Positions 25,923 to 35,915 of a stretch of 64,000 bases of DNA are shown here, piece after piece. Both the position numbers and the translations under genes were made by a program. This DNA is from Flavobacteriales bacterium. Its GTDB lineage: Bacteria; Bacteroidota; Bacteroidia; Flavobacteriales_F; PHOS-HE28. Each line of letters begins with the position of its first letter. Within the stretch, counting starts at the first letter, position 1. The DNA lies in the NCBI GenBank assembly GCA_026129465.1, contig JAHCIA010000001.1:69964-133963 (forward strand). Direction: 5' to 3'. Below the pieces are notes generated by a model. It worked only from the letters and a program-made list of their open reading frames with translations. It was not told where the DNA came from and ran no database searches.

Positions 25923-27263
25923 ATGCGCGCACTGCTCCTCATCTCCCGATTGATCGTCGGCCCGCTCTTCATCGTCAGTGGTCTCATCAAGGCCAACGAC
26001 CCGCTGGGCTTCTCCTACAAGCTGGAGGAGTATTTCGCTGAAAGCGCGCTGAACCTGCCTTTCCTGGAGCCATGGGCGTTGACGCTCGCCATCCTGGCCT
26101 GTGTGGCGGAGATCGTCCTGGGCTTCGCGGTGATCTTCGGCGGCCGCATGCGGCTGGCCACCTCGGCGCTGGTGGTGCTCACCGTCTTCTTCGGCTGGCT
26201 CACCGCCTACACCGCCACATGCGATCCTTCCGCCACTTACACGGTGCTGGTGAATGGGCAGGAAGTGACCCGTGGCGTGACCTGCGTGACCGACTGCGGC
26301 TGCTTCGGCGATGCCATGAAGGGTTCGGTGGGCCGAAGCCTCACGCCTTGGGAGAGCTTCGCCAAGGATGCTGTTCTCTTCGTGTTCATCCTGCCGCTGT
26401 TCATCGCCTCGTGGCGCAAGCCGGGCATCACCTGGAACACCACCGCGCAGGACCTGGTGCTGCTGCCCTTCGCCCTGGCCCTGGTGGCGGTGTGGAGCTG
26501 GGTCTTCACCTGGTGGGGACCGGTGTGGTTCACCCTGGTGGGATCCGTGGGCTACCTCATCATCAAACGGGTGATGCAGGGTCAGCGCGCGGAGTGGGCC
26601 GCCGCCGCGTTCGCCACCATGATGACACTGGTGTTCTCGTGGTGGTGCATCAACCATCTGCCTGTGCGCGACTACAGGCCATACGCCATCGGCAAGAGCA
26701 TCGCCGAACAGAAGACCATGGGCCGGCCGCCCGTGCAGCGGATCTACATGCTGTATCGCCACGTCCCCACCGGTGAGGTGAAGGAGTATGATGCCAGCGG
26801 CGCATACCCTTGGGATGATGAGGACTATGAGTACGTGGACCGCCGCATCGTGGAATTGGAGCCGGGCATAGACTCACCGGTGCAGGACTTCGTGCTCACC
26901 GACATCGACGGCATGGACGTGACCAACGACATCCTGGCCGAGGAAGGCCCGGTGCTGCTGGTGCTGACCTACGACACCCGCAAGAGCGCCACCAGCAACA
27001 TCGCGCGCATCCGCACCTTGTCCGAGCAGGCCTTCGCCAACGGCTGGTACGTCTACGGCGTAAGCGCCAATGGCTTCGACCGCATCGAGGAGTTCCGGCA
27101 CGAGCACCAGCTGCCCTTCGACTTCCTGCAGTGCGATGAGAAGACCATCAAGACCATGGCCCGCGCCAATCCTGCGGTGGTCTTGTTGAAGCAGGGTGTG
27201 GTGAAAGGATTGTGGCACGCGAACGATACGCCTGCTTTCGAGGAGGCGAAGGCCAGGTTGTAG
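25923..27263 (+). CDS. DoxX-family membrane domain fused to a thioredoxin-like (TlpA-like) domain (BT_3928-family architecture).
   Basis: The N-terminal 250 aa are multi-TM DoxX-like. The C-terminus contains the LVLTYDTRKSATSNIARIRTLSEQAFANGWYVYGVS thioredoxin-fold pattern. This family is typically found beside tpiA in Bacteroidota. Confidence 0.55.
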   Translation: MRALLLISRLIVGPLFIVSGLIKANDPLGFSYKLEEYFAESALNLPFLEPWALTLAILACVAEIVLGFAVIFGGRMRLATSALVVLTVFFGWLTAYTATCDPSATYTVLVNGQEVTRGVTCVTDCGCFGDAMKGSVGRSLTPWESFAKDAVLFVFILPLFIASWRKPGITWNTTAQDLVLLPFALALVAVWSWVFTWWGPVWFTLVGSVGYLIIKRVMQGQRAEWAAAAFATMMTLVFSWWCINHLPVRDYRPYAIGKSIAEQKTMGRPPVQRIYMLYRHVPTGEVKEYDASGAYPWDDEDYEYVDRRIVELEPGIDSPVQDFVLTDIDGMDVTNDILAEEGPVLLVLTYDTRKSATSNIARIRTLSEQAFANGWYVYGVSANGFDRIEEFRHEHQLPFDFLQCDEKTIKTMARANPAVVLLKQGVVKGLWHANDTPAFEEAKARL

Positions 27264-27282
27264 GGAGTCCCGGTGCACCGGT

Positions 27283-27460
27283 GTCCGTTGTCAGTACCGG
27301 TCCAGGTGGGCTTTCTTTTCTGACGATGCGGTTCTTTGTGCGGCAGGCGAGACATTCGGATCCAAGTTGCCCGAGAGGGGCTTGTTGGCCGATGCCGATC
27401 AGTGCGCTGTCCCATCGAAAGTGACACCGGAAGCCTGACCACCGACAACTGACAACGGAC
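27283..27460 (+). promoter_or_regulatory. Leader element A: a 13-bp perfect long-range inverted repeat, GTCCGTTGTCAGT (27283-27295) and ACTGACAACGGAC (27448-27460), enclosing 152 nt and ending 5 nt before the ABC-permease ATG.
   Basis: Read directly from the sequence. It shares arm sequence, loop size and internal motifs (GTGCGCTGTC, CTGACGA) with element B at 30343-30507. Confidence 0.5.
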
Positions 27461-27465
27461 GACCG

Positions 27466-28758
27466 ATGCTGCACTACCTCGCACACCGCCTCCTCAACGG
27501 CCTGCTGGTGCTCTTCGGCGTGGTGAGCCTGGTCTTCCTCATCTTCAACCTCAAGCCCGGCGACCCCGCGCGCATGCTCGCCGACCAGCGCAGCAGCCCC
27601 GAGGCCCTGGCCGCCATCCGCCAGGACCTTGGCTTGGGACTGCCTTTGGGCACCCGCTACCTGCTCTACCTCAACGACCTCAGCCCGGTGGCCCTCATGC
27701 AACGCGCCAACCGCGAGCGCCCCGCCTACCTCGACGCCGAACGCTACGCCGTGGCGGCCACGCTACCCGTGGGCGGCGACAAGCTCCTCGTCCTCAAGGC
27801 ACCCTACCTGCGCTTCAGCTACCAGAGCAGGCGGGGAGTGTCGGAGATTTTGGGCGAGGCCTTTCCCAACACCGCCATCCTTGCCGTGCTCAGCATGCTG
27901 CTCGCTGTGGTGCTTGGCCTCGCCATGGGCACCTGGGCCGCCGTGAAGCAAGGCACCTGGGTGGACAGCGCCTTGCTCGGCATCAGCGCCCTGGGCATGG
28001 CCGGCCCCAGCTTCTTCGTCGCCGTGCTCGTCGCCTGGCTCGGCGGCTTCGTGTGGTACGAACGCATCCCATTGCCCGTGCTGCCCCTCCTCGCTCTTCT
28101 CCTGTGGATCACCCTCCGCTTTACCAATTCTCCATACACCTCGAGGGCCTCAACTGGCCCACTGGCCCACCTGCCTGCCGGCAGGCAGGCTCGCCACTTG
28201 CCCCTGCTCCTCCTCGCGCTCTACCTCCTCGGCTGGCTATTCCACTGGCCCTGGGCCACCTTCTCCCTTTCGCTCCCCGGCACCAACCTGCCCATGAGCG
28301 GCAGCCTGCGCGATGTGGACCCCTTCACCGGGCCTTATTACAACTGGAAGCACGCCATCCTGCCGGTCTTCGTGCTGGGCATCCGGCCGCTCGCGGTCAT
28401 CGTGCAGCTCACGCGCAGCAGCCTGCTGGATGTGCTCTCCCAGGACCACATCCGCACCGCCCGCGCCAAGGGCCTCAGCGAGCGGCAGGTGGTGCTGCGC
28501 CACGGCCTGCGCAACGCGCTGATGCCCGTGCTCACCGCCGTCAGTGGCTGGTTCGCCTCGCTGCTGGCCGGTGCCGTCTTCGTGGAGTACGTCTTCGGCT
28601 GGAAGGGCATGGGCCTGGAGGTCTTCAACGCATTGGAGCGCGAGGACTTCCCCGTGGTCATGGGCGCCGTGCTCGTCTTCGCCGCCCTTTTCGTGGTGAT
28701 GAACGTGGTGGTGGACCTGCTCTATGCGGTGCTGGACCCGCGGGTGAGGACGGCGTAA
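27466..28758 (+). CDS. ABC transporter permease (binding-protein-dependent DppB/OppB type), an orphan with no adjacent ATPase or binding protein.
   Basis: An N-terminal TM helix and the EAA-loop region IRTARAKGLSERQVVLRHGLRNALMPVLT indicate the BPD_transp_1 family. It is longer than usual (430 aa) with an inserted loop. Confidence 0.7.
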   Translation: MLHYLAHRLLNGLLVLFGVVSLVFLIFNLKPGDPARMLADQRSSPEALAAIRQDLGLGLPLGTRYLLYLNDLSPVALMQRANRERPAYLDAERYAVAATLPVGGDKLLVLKAPYLRFSYQSRRGVSEILGEAFPNTAILAVLSMLLAVVLGLAMGTWAAVKQGTWVDSALLGISALGMAGPSFFVAVLVAWLGGFVWYERIPLPVLPLLALLLWITLRFTNSPYTSRASTGPLAHLPAGRQARHLPLLLLALYLLGWLFHWPWATFSLSLPGTNLPMSGSLRDVDPFTGPYYNWKHAILPVFVLGIRPLAVIVQLTRSSLLDVLSQDHIRTARAKGLSERQVVLRHGLRNALMPVLTAVSGWFASLLAGAVFVEYVFGWKGMGLEVFNALEREDFPVVMGAVLVFAALFVVMNVVVDLLYAVLDPRVRTA

Positions 28759-28905
28759 GAGGAGCAAGGTTAGGCGCGTGCTCCCTGAATGCGTCCGGAT
28801 TCACAAGTTGAACGCTGTTGCGCGGCTGTGCGCGCAATGGCGGTCAACCAATTGGTTGTGTGACCAGTTGCGACAACATCGCCTATGGCAGGTAGCACTA
28901 TTCCA

Positions 28906-29466
28906 CTATTGCGGTGGGTGCAGCCTACCTGTGTGTTGGAGGTCAAGGTCATCCAAGCGGCTGCGGTTCATGCCAAGTGCTTTCGTGCTGACATGCGTGT
29001 AGGGTTAAGTGGTCTTGCTCGAACTGTGCCCAAGCAGGGGTTGAACGTAACGGATATCGGGGTCATTCTCCAACAGGTGCGTGGCAAAGGAGTGGCGGAG
29101 GGTATGCACAGAAGCCGGTGCGGTGATATGCGTTTTCGCCTTGGCATCCTTGAAGATCTTCTGCACGCTCGCAGCGGCGTACTGGGCGCCTGACTGGCTT
29201 GCCGGGCCGGCTTGCTTGGGCGCCTTTCCGAAGAGCGCATCACCATCCAGGCGGGCGTGCCCCTTGAAGGTGGCATGCACCTTCTTCAAGCTGGGGCTGC
29301 CGTCCGCCACATGCCAACAGCGCGCGGTGTTGCTTCTGCGTGCATCACAGGCCTTGGCCAACGCGGTCAGGTCCTTGTCGTACCCGAAGCCCAGGGCAAT
29401 GCGCTTCACCCCGTCCTGGTATAGGGCTTCGAGATTCACGACCGAAAATTCTTTGACGACCTCCAT
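28906..29466 (-). pseudogene. Tyrosine recombinase/integrase remnant: C-terminal catalytic domain only, with an in-frame TAA at 29005-29007.
   Basis: [33 protein letters not shown]-stop-PYTHVSTKAL matches the integrase box II motif (HxLRHsfAT..LL..G.dl..iq.LLGHssi.TT.iYTHv). The N-terminal ~200 aa are absent because tpiA begins 94 bp upstream. Confidence 0.6.
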
Positions 29467-29559
29467 GGCGGTGGGATGGTGCCGATTATGGCAACCGCAG
29501 GGGGGTGATGCAGCGCGTTGTCGCTGAGGTCTGCCGACGGCGATCCCCATCTTTGCCCG

Positions 29560-30315
29560 ATGCGAACGATAGTGGCCGGCAATTGGAAGATGCACAAGGA
29601 CCGTGCGCAGGCGCTGGACCTGGTGATGCAGGTGGTGGGGGAGGCGGACAAGTTGCCCAGGGAAGTTGAAGTGGTGATGGCCCCGGCCTATCCATTCCTG
29701 GCCATGGCCACCGAGCGGGTGCGGGGCACACGCATCGCCATTGCGGCGCAGAACTGCCATGAGGCCCAGCAGGGCGCCTACACCGGCGAGGTGAGCGTGG
29801 CCATGCTGGGCAGCATCGGCGTGGGGGCCTGCATCGTGGGCCATAGCGAACGGCGCCAGTACTTCGGCGAGACCGATGCCACTGTGGGGCGCAAGGTGGA
29901 GGCCCTGTTGAAAGGTGGACTGATGCCCATCTACTGCTGCGGCGAGGTATTGTCCGAACGCGAAGCGGGCGACCACTTCGCCGTGGTGGAACGGCAGGTC
30001 CGCGAAGCCCTTGGTGGCTTGGATGCCAGCGCCATGGCCCGCTTGGTGGTGGCCTACGAGCCGGTCTGGGCCATCGGCACCGGCCGCACCGCCAGCCCCG
30101 ATCAGGCGCAGGAGATGCACCGGTTCATCCGGGGCATCCTGCGCGGCATGGCCGGCCACGTGGCCGATGCCATCCCCATCCTCTATGGAGGCAGCTGCAA
30201 ACCCGACAACGCCGAAGCGCTCTTCAGCCAACCCGACATCAACGGCGGCTTGATCGGGGGGGCGGCATTGGAGGCGGGATCATTCCTGGAGTTGGTGCGG
30301 ATCGCGGGTGGGTAG
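29560..30315 (+). CDS. tpiA: Triosephosphate isomerase.
   Basis: [13 protein letters not shown]...GHSERR...[10 protein letters not shown]...GGS are canonical TIM motifs. ATG at 29560 was verified; the track start at 29518 is TTG. Confidence 0.9.
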   Translation: MRTIVAGNWKMHKDRAQALDLVMQVVGEADKLPREVEVVMAPAYPFLAMATERVRGTRIAIAAQNCHEAQQGAYTGEVSVAMLGSIGVGACIVGHSERRQYFGETDATVGRKVEALLKGGLMPIYCCGEVLSEREAGDHFAVVERQVREALGGLDASAMARLVVAYEPVWAIGTGRTASPDQAQEMHRFIRGILRGMAGHVADAIPILYGGSCKPDNAEALFSQPDINGGLIGGAALEAGSFLELVRIAGG

Positions 30316-30342
30316 TGGATCAGCTAACGATGTCAGTCATCC

Positions 30343-30507
30343 GTTGTCAGTTGTCAGTGATCTCAGGGAAGCAGGTGTTGCAACGGCGGAACGAGGGTGC
30401 CAGGGTAGGTGCGCTGTCAGGTACAGCCAACTGACGAATGACGATCCCACCAACCTGACAATTGACAACCGGCCCATCAACCAGCCGGACAACCAGCAAC
30501 TGACAAC
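30343..30507 (+). promoter_or_regulatory. Leader element B: an 11-bp perfect long-range inverted repeat, GTTGTCAGTTG (30343-30353) and CAACTGACAAC (30497-30507), enclosing 143 nt upstream of prmA. It is homologous to element A.
   Basis: Read directly from the sequence. It contains tandem TGTCAGT copies at the 5' side and several (T/G)GACAAC copies at the 3' side. Confidence 0.5.
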
Positions 30508-30525
30508 CCCTCAAACCAACCTCCC

Positions 30526-31392
30526 TTGGACCACACCGAAGTCACCTTCCTCGTCAGCCCAGTCACCCCCTGGCGTGAGATCCTCCTGGTGGAGCTGGCG
30601 GATCTGGGCTACGACAGTTTCGAGGAGGGACACACCGATCCCGGTGGCGAAAGCGGCGAGTTGAAGGCCTGGATCCCCAGCGAGCGATTCAACGGCGCGG
30701 CATTGGGTGGTCTGCTGAGCTTGCGCGATCCGCATGCGAGCGTGAGTTGGACCAGCCGTGAGATCCCCGCAAGGAACTGGAACGCCGAATGGGAGAGCAG
30801 TTTCCAGCCGGTGGAGGTCGATGGTCGGGTGCGCATACGCGCCGAGTTCCATGCGGGGAAGCCCGGCTTCGACCATGAGCTGATCATCACGCCGCGCATG
30901 GCCTTCGGCACCGGTCACCACGCCACCACCCGCATGATGATCCGCGCCATGCTTGGTGTGGACCTGAAGGACAAGGATGTGGTGGACCTGGGCTGTGGCA
31001 CCGGGGTGCTCGCCTTCCTCGCCGAACGCCTGGGCGCGCGCAGCATTCTGGCGGTGGACAACGACCCTGGCGCGGTGGAAAACGCCCGCGACAACGCCCG
31101 CCAGAACGGATGTGCCCGCACCATTGTGGAAAAGGGCGACGCCACCTGCCTCATTGGCCGGAAGTGCGACGCTATTTTGGCCAACATCGAGCGCAACACG
31201 CTCCTCGACGCCATGCCACGTTTCCACGACGCCCTGCGCCCCGGCGGGATCCTCCTCCTCTCCGGCTTCAGCCAGGAGGACCGCCACATGCTCGCCCAGC
31301 GGGCACGCGAGCACGGCCTGATCGTTGCGGAGCGTCTGGACGAGGGCGATTGGGCGTTGTTGGGCTGCAGGAAGGGAACATCCACCGAATGA
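30526..31392 (+). CDS. prmA: Ribosomal protein L11 methyltransferase.
   Basis: Contains VVDLGCGTGVLA (SAM motif I) and the ...FDAILANI... PrmA pattern. The start is TTG at 30526, with no in-frame ATG after the preceding stop. Confidence 0.8.
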   Translation: MDHTEVTFLVSPVTPWREILLVELADLGYDSFEEGHTDPGGESGELKAWIPSERFNGAALGGLLSLRDPHASVSWTSREIPARNWNAEWESSFQPVEVDGRVRIRAEFHAGKPGFDHELIITPRMAFGTGHHATTRMMIRAMLGVDLKDKDVVDLGCGTGVLAFLAERLGARSILAVDNDPGAVENARDNARQNGCARTIVEKGDATCLIGRKCDAILANIERNTLLDAMPRFHDALRPGGILLLSGFSQEDRHMLAQRAREHGLIVAERLDEGDWALLGCRKGTSTE

Positions 31393-34300
31393 ATGGAAAC
31401 GCCGCCCGGTGAGACGGGCGGGCAGGAGCTCATGATCGACATCTTCCACAGGACCACGGGCAGGTGGTCCGCCATGCCACTGCGGCCGGTGAGCGCTGCG
31501 GTGCTGATGTGCGTGGCCACCCTCGGGTGGTCCCAAACGAAACCCTTCTCCACCGATCCGCCGGTATTCCTGCAGGAGGTCACCGACATGCTTACGGCGG
31601 CCGACAAGAAGGAGGGGAGGGCCTTCGCCGAGGGCGTCTTCGCACCCGTGTGGAACGGCACCTTCTACAGCGAGAAGCAGCGGCTGCGCGTGGTGGACGT
31701 GGCCAACTTCATGCAGAAGAAGCGCTTCGAGGCCTTCCCGCACTTCCGTGATTACCTCGCCGCCGTGGCCGCCTTCCCCGGCGGGGGGCGCAAGCCGGAT
31801 GAGTTCGACGCCTTCCTGCAGGGCATGGACCAATTTGTGAACAAGGGCCGCAAGCAGAACGTGGCCGCCTTCATCGCCATGTGCGCGGACCTCTTCCGTG
31901 AGAACGTGATGTTCCGCAGCGCCAGCACCGAGTGGCGCAGCACGGCGCGCTCCTTCAAGTTCGCCTTCGACAGCATCCCCATGATCCTCTTCCCGGAGGG
32001 CGACCTGGTCTGCCGCGCCAAGGGCGACAGCGCCGTGATCAAGGGCACCAGCGGCACCTATTTCCCCACACTGGAACTGTGGCGCGGCAAGGGTGGCCTG
32101 GTCACCTGGGAGCGGGCCGGGCTTCGGCCCTCGGCCACCTTCGCCGAATGGCGCCACACCTACGAGATCCGCGTGAAGAGTGCCGCCTTCGACGTGGACT
32201 CGGTGGTCTTCAACGACCCCTACTTCGAGCGCGGCATGCTGGGCAAGGTGAGCGACAAGGTGCTGGCCAATGTGGATCCCTCCAACGCCAGCTACCCGCG
32301 CTTCGAGAGCTACGACCGCCGGATCAAGATCCGCGACATCGCCGAAGGCATCGACTTCGAGGGCGGATTCTCCATGCAGGGCGCCAGGCTGCAGGGCTAC
32401 GGCACCAAGGACGAACCGGCCTTCCTCACCTTCTACCGCGATCGCCGCCCCTTCATCGTCACCCAGGGCGAGCTCTACAGCATCGATCCGCAGCGCATCA
32501 CCAGCGACGATGTGGCCGTGCGCATCATACTGGACAAGGACTCCATCCATCACCAGAGTGTGAGCCTGCGATTCCTACGCGACAAGAAGCAGCTCTCCCT
32601 GATCAAGAAGGACGAGGGACTGAGCAAGGGGCCCTTCTACAACACCTACCACAAGCTGGACATGTACTTCGAGGTTCTCTCCTGGAAGCAGGGCGATCCG
32701 TTGTTGCAACTGGGCAACCACCTCGGCAGCAGCCAGACCCAGGCCAGCTTCGAGAGCTTCGACTACTTCAAGGACAAGCGCTACATGGGCATGCTCGGCA
32801 TCGATGCGGTCCACCCTCTGGTGCGCCTCAATGATTTCAGCAAGCAGAACGGCGGCAAGTTCTATGCGCAGGAGTTCGCCAGCTTCGCCAAGCTGCAGAA
32901 GCAGGTGGTGGTGCCCATGCTCATCGACATGGCCAACAAGGGCTATCTGATCTACGATCCGGAGAGCGAGTGGGTGGAGACCATGCCGCGCCTGCGCCAG
33001 CACATCCTCAACAACGCGGGCAAGCAGGACTACGACGTGCTGCAGATCAACTCCAACAGCGATGATGGGGTGAACGCCACGCTGAACCTGCTCAACTATG
33101 ACCTGGCCGTGAAGGGCGTGGCGCGCATCGTGGTGAGCGACAGCCAGGACGTGAAGATCTTCCCCAGCGAGCGCAAGGTGACGGTGAAGAAGGACCGCGA
33201 TTTCACCTTCGGCGGCGCCATCCAGGCGGGCAGGCTCACCTTCCACGGCAAGGAGTACTACTTCCACTACGCGCCCTTCATCATCGATCTGCTGAACGTG
33301 GACAGTGTGGCCTTCATGGCCACCAGCTTCGACAAGAACGACCGGGGCGAGCATACCCTGGTGCGCGTGAAGAACGTGCTGGAGCAGGTCACCGGCACCT
33401 TGGAGATCGACGCGCCCAGCAACAAGAGCGGCCTGCAACAGGTGAAGTACCCGTCCTTCCCCAAGTTCAACAGCGCACGTGAAAGCTTCGTTTACTACGA
33501 CAAGCGCAGCACGCAACTCGGGGTGTATGGGCGCGACCGTTTCTATTACCGGTCCGATCCCTTCCAGATCGACTCGCTGGACAACTTCACCAACGCGGGC
33601 CTCACCTTCACCGGTACGCTCGTCTCCGGCGGCATCTTCCCGGACATCCGGGAGCCGCTCCGGTTGCAGCCCGACTACGCCCTCGGCTTCAAGCGCTCCA
33701 CGGGCGCCGAAGGCCTGCCGCTCTATGGCCGCAAGGCGAAATTCACCAACGAGATCACCCTCAACGGGCGCGGTCTGCAGGGCAACGGCGATCTGGAGTA
33801 CCTCACCACCAGCCTCTCGTCGAAGCAACTGGTCTTTACGCCGGACAGCACCTTGGGCCGCGCCGATACACTGGTGAACATAGCGTCCACCAAACCCTCG
33901 CGCGTGCCGGACGTGACCGGTGCGGACGTGTTCGTGCGTTTGGAGCCGGGCCGTGACGTGCTCCACAGCGAGAAGCTGAAGAAGGCCATGCGCATGTTCA
34001 ATGGCGAGGTGGACCTGCACGGCCATACCGACCTCACGCCTGTGGGCATGACCGGCGGCGGGCTGGTGGATTTCCACAACGCCACGCTCGCCTCCAAGCT
34101 CTTCAAGTTCGAGACCATGCGCATCCAGGCGGACACCTCCGACTTCCGCCTCACCGACGGCGACATCAGCAGCATCGCCTTCAAGACCGACAACGTGAAC
34201 GCGCTGATCAAGATGGACGAGCGTGTGGGCGAGTTCGTGAGCAACGGCACCGAGACCAAGGTGGAGTTCCCGGTGAACCAGTACATCTGCTTCATGGACC

Positions 34301-35913
34301 GCTTCAAATGGTTCATGGACCAGGGCGACATCGAACTGGAAAGCGACCGCACCGCCGCCGAGGGCAGCGAGGACCTGCAACTCTCCGGCTCCAACTTCAT
34401 CAGCATCCGGCCCGACCAGGATTCGCTCAGCTTCATGGCCCCCAAGGCGCGCTATGATCTGAAACGGCACCTGATCACCGCCAACGAGGTGCAGTACATC
34501 CAGGTGGCCGACGCCCTGGTGACACCCGACAGCATGCGCGTGCGCATCCGCAGGAACGCCGTGATGGACCCGCTGAGCAACGCGGTGGTCACGGCCAACT
34601 TCGTCACACGCCACCACGTGATACGCGATGCCACGGTGGACATCAAGGCCAGGCGCAACTACACCGGCACGGGCACCATCGACTACAAGGACGAGGCGGA
34701 CCGGACATTCCAGATCAAGCTGGGATCCATCGGTGTGGACAGCACCTACCAAACACGGGCGCATGGCCGCGTGAAGCCCGAGGAGGACTTCCAGTTGAGC
34801 CCGGCCTTCGATTTCCATGGAGACGTGTTCCTGGCGGCCAGCGAGAAGCACCTCACCTTCCAGGGCAGCACCCGCATCCAGCACGGCTGCGAGGAGCTCA
34901 AGCGTGGTTGGATGGGCTTCCGCGCCGCGATCGATCCGCTGGAGATCTTCATCCCGGTGGGCGATACACTATATGACGACCGAGGCGCGCCCATCGCGGC
35001 GGGCATCCTGCTCAGCAATGAGGACCCCTTCATCACATACGCCACCTTCCTCAGCCACACCCAACAGGACAACGACCGCCGGATCATCAGCGCGACAGGC
35101 CTGTTGCACTACGACAAGGGCCGCCGCGAGTACGTCATCAGCAACAAGGACAAGATCCGCCAGCGCGACCTGCCCGGTGCCCTGGTGAGCCTGGCCACCG
35201 ACAACTGCGTGGTGATCGGCGACGGCCGTTTCGACCATGGCGTGGACCTGGGCCGCGTGGACCTGGTGAACGTGGGCGGCGTGCGTTTCGAGACGCAGGA
35301 GAACAAGGCCACCACCAGCGGCGTGCTCCTCGCCGACTTCCACTTCCAAGACAACGCCCTGGAGCGCATGGTGACCGAGATGCTCGGCTATCCGGAGCAG
35401 AAGCCGATGGACATCACCGCCACCTACTACGAGAAGATGATGCGCGAACTGTTGGGGCTGGACCGTTCGGACAAGCTCATCAGCGAACTCAGCATCAAGG
35501 GCGAGATCAAACGCCTGCCGGACGAGTTGGTGAAGCCCATCGTCTTCGGCGATGTGAAGATGGTGTGGGACGGTCCCGAGCAGAGCTGGCTGAGCCAGGG
35601 TGATATCGGCATCGCCACGGTGGGCAAGAAGGCCTTGTACCGCTATGTGAAGGGCAAGATCCACCTGGAGCGCAAACGCAGCGGCGACATCATGACCATC
35701 TTCCTGATGCTCGATGACCAGACTTACTGGTTCTTCCAATACACGCGCAACTACCTTTATGCCTACAGCAGCGACCAACAGTTCAATACGATGATCAGCG
35801 AGCTGAAGGACGACAAGAAGAAACTCGACGGCGGCAAGGACCTGCCCGCCTACCAGTTCACCGTCACCACCAAACGGAAGGTGGAGGACTTCCGCGACCG
35901 TTTCGGCCTGTGA
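31393..35913 (+). CDS. Large (~1480 aa) secreted hypothetical protein, predicted all-beta; possibly an AsmA/TamB-like outer-membrane biogenesis protein.
   Basis: A long ORF with coding-like composition; ATG 31393 directly follows the prmA stop. The alternative start ATG 31474 (MPLRPVSAAVLMCVATLGWSQ) gives a signal peptide. No diagnostic motif was recognised. Confidence 0.45.
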   Translation: METPPGETGGQELMIDIFHRTTGRWSAMPLRPVSAAVLMCVATLGWSQTKPFSTDPPVFLQEVTDMLTAADKKEGRAFAEGVFAPVWNGTFYSEKQRLRVVDVANFMQKKRFEAFPHFRDYLAAVAAFPGGGRKPDEFDAFLQGMDQFVNKGRKQNVAAFIAMCADLFRENVMFRSASTEWRSTARSFKFAFDSIPMILFPEGDLVCRAKGDSAVIKGTSGTYFPTLELWRGKGGLVTWERAGLRPSATFAEWRHTYEIRVKSAAFDVDSVVFNDPYFERGMLGKVSDKVLANVDPSNASYPRFESYDRRIKIRDIAEGIDFEGGFSMQGARLQGYGTKDEPAFLTFYRDRRPFIVTQGELYSIDPQRITSDDVAVRIILDKDSIHHQSVSLRFLRDKKQLSLIKKDEGLSKGPFYNTYHKLDMYFEVLSWKQGDPLLQLGNHLGSSQTQASFESFDYFKDKRYMGMLGIDAVHPLVRLNDFSKQNGGKFYAQEFASFAKLQKQVVVPMLIDMANKGYLIYDPESEWVETMPRLRQHILNNAGKQDYDVLQINSNSDDGVNATLNLLNYDLAVKGVARIVVSDSQDVKIFPSERKVTVKKDRDFTFGGAIQAGRLTFHGKEYYFHYAPFIIDLLNVDSVAFMATSFDKNDRGEHTLVRVKNVLEQVTGTLEIDAPSNKSGLQQVKYPSFPKFNSARESFVYYDKRSTQLGVYGRDRFYYRSDPFQIDSLDNFTNAGLTFTGTLVSGGIFPDIREPLRLQPDYALGFKRSTGAEGLPLYGRKAKFTNEITLNGRGLQGNGDLEYLTTSLSSKQLVFTPDSTLGRADTLVNIASTKPSRVPDVTGADVFVRLEPGRDVLHSEKLKKAMRMFNGEVDLHGHTDLTPVGMTGGGLVDFHNATLASKLFKFETMRIQADTSDFRLTDGDISSIAFKTDNVNALIKMDERVGEFVSNGTETKVEFPVNQYICFMDRFKWFMDQGDIELESDRTAAEGSEDLQLSGSNFISIRPDQDSLSFMAPKARYDLKRHLITANEVQYIQVADALVTPDSMRVRIRRNAVMDPLSNAVVTANFVTRHHVIRDATVDIKARRNYTGTGTIDYKDEADRTFQIKLGSIGVDSTYQTRAHGRVKPEEDFQLSPAFDFHGDVFLAASEKHLTFQGSTRIQHGCEELKRGWMGFRAAIDPLEIFIPVGDTLYDDRGAPIAAGILLSNEDPFITYATFLSHTQQDNDRRIISATGLLHYDKGRREYVISNKDKIRQRDLPGALVSLATDNCVVIGDGRFDHGVDLGRVDLVNVGGVRFETQENKATTSGVLLADFHFQDNALERMVTEMLGYPEQKPMDITATYYEKMMRELLGLDRSDKLISELSIKGEIKRLPDELVKPIVFGDVKMVWDGPEQSWLSQGDIGIATVGKKALYRYVKGKIHLERKRSGDIMTIFLMLDDQTYWFFQYTRNYLYAYSSDQQFNTMISELKDDKKKLDGGKDLPAYQFTVTTKRKVEDFRDRFGL

Positions 35914-35915
35914 GC

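Noticed and set aside
29467-30231. The N-terminal 255 aa of the 408-aa minus-strand ORF 29005-30231.
   Set aside because: It is antisense to the intact tpiA gene. Only the last 153 aa (29005-29466) plus the read-through to 28906 are integrase-like.
30511-34884. Minus-strand ORFs of 680 aa (30511-32553) and 769 aa (32575-34884).
   Set aside because: Antisense to prmA and the 1480-aa protein gene. The composition is typical of GC-rich antisense frames and there are no motifs.
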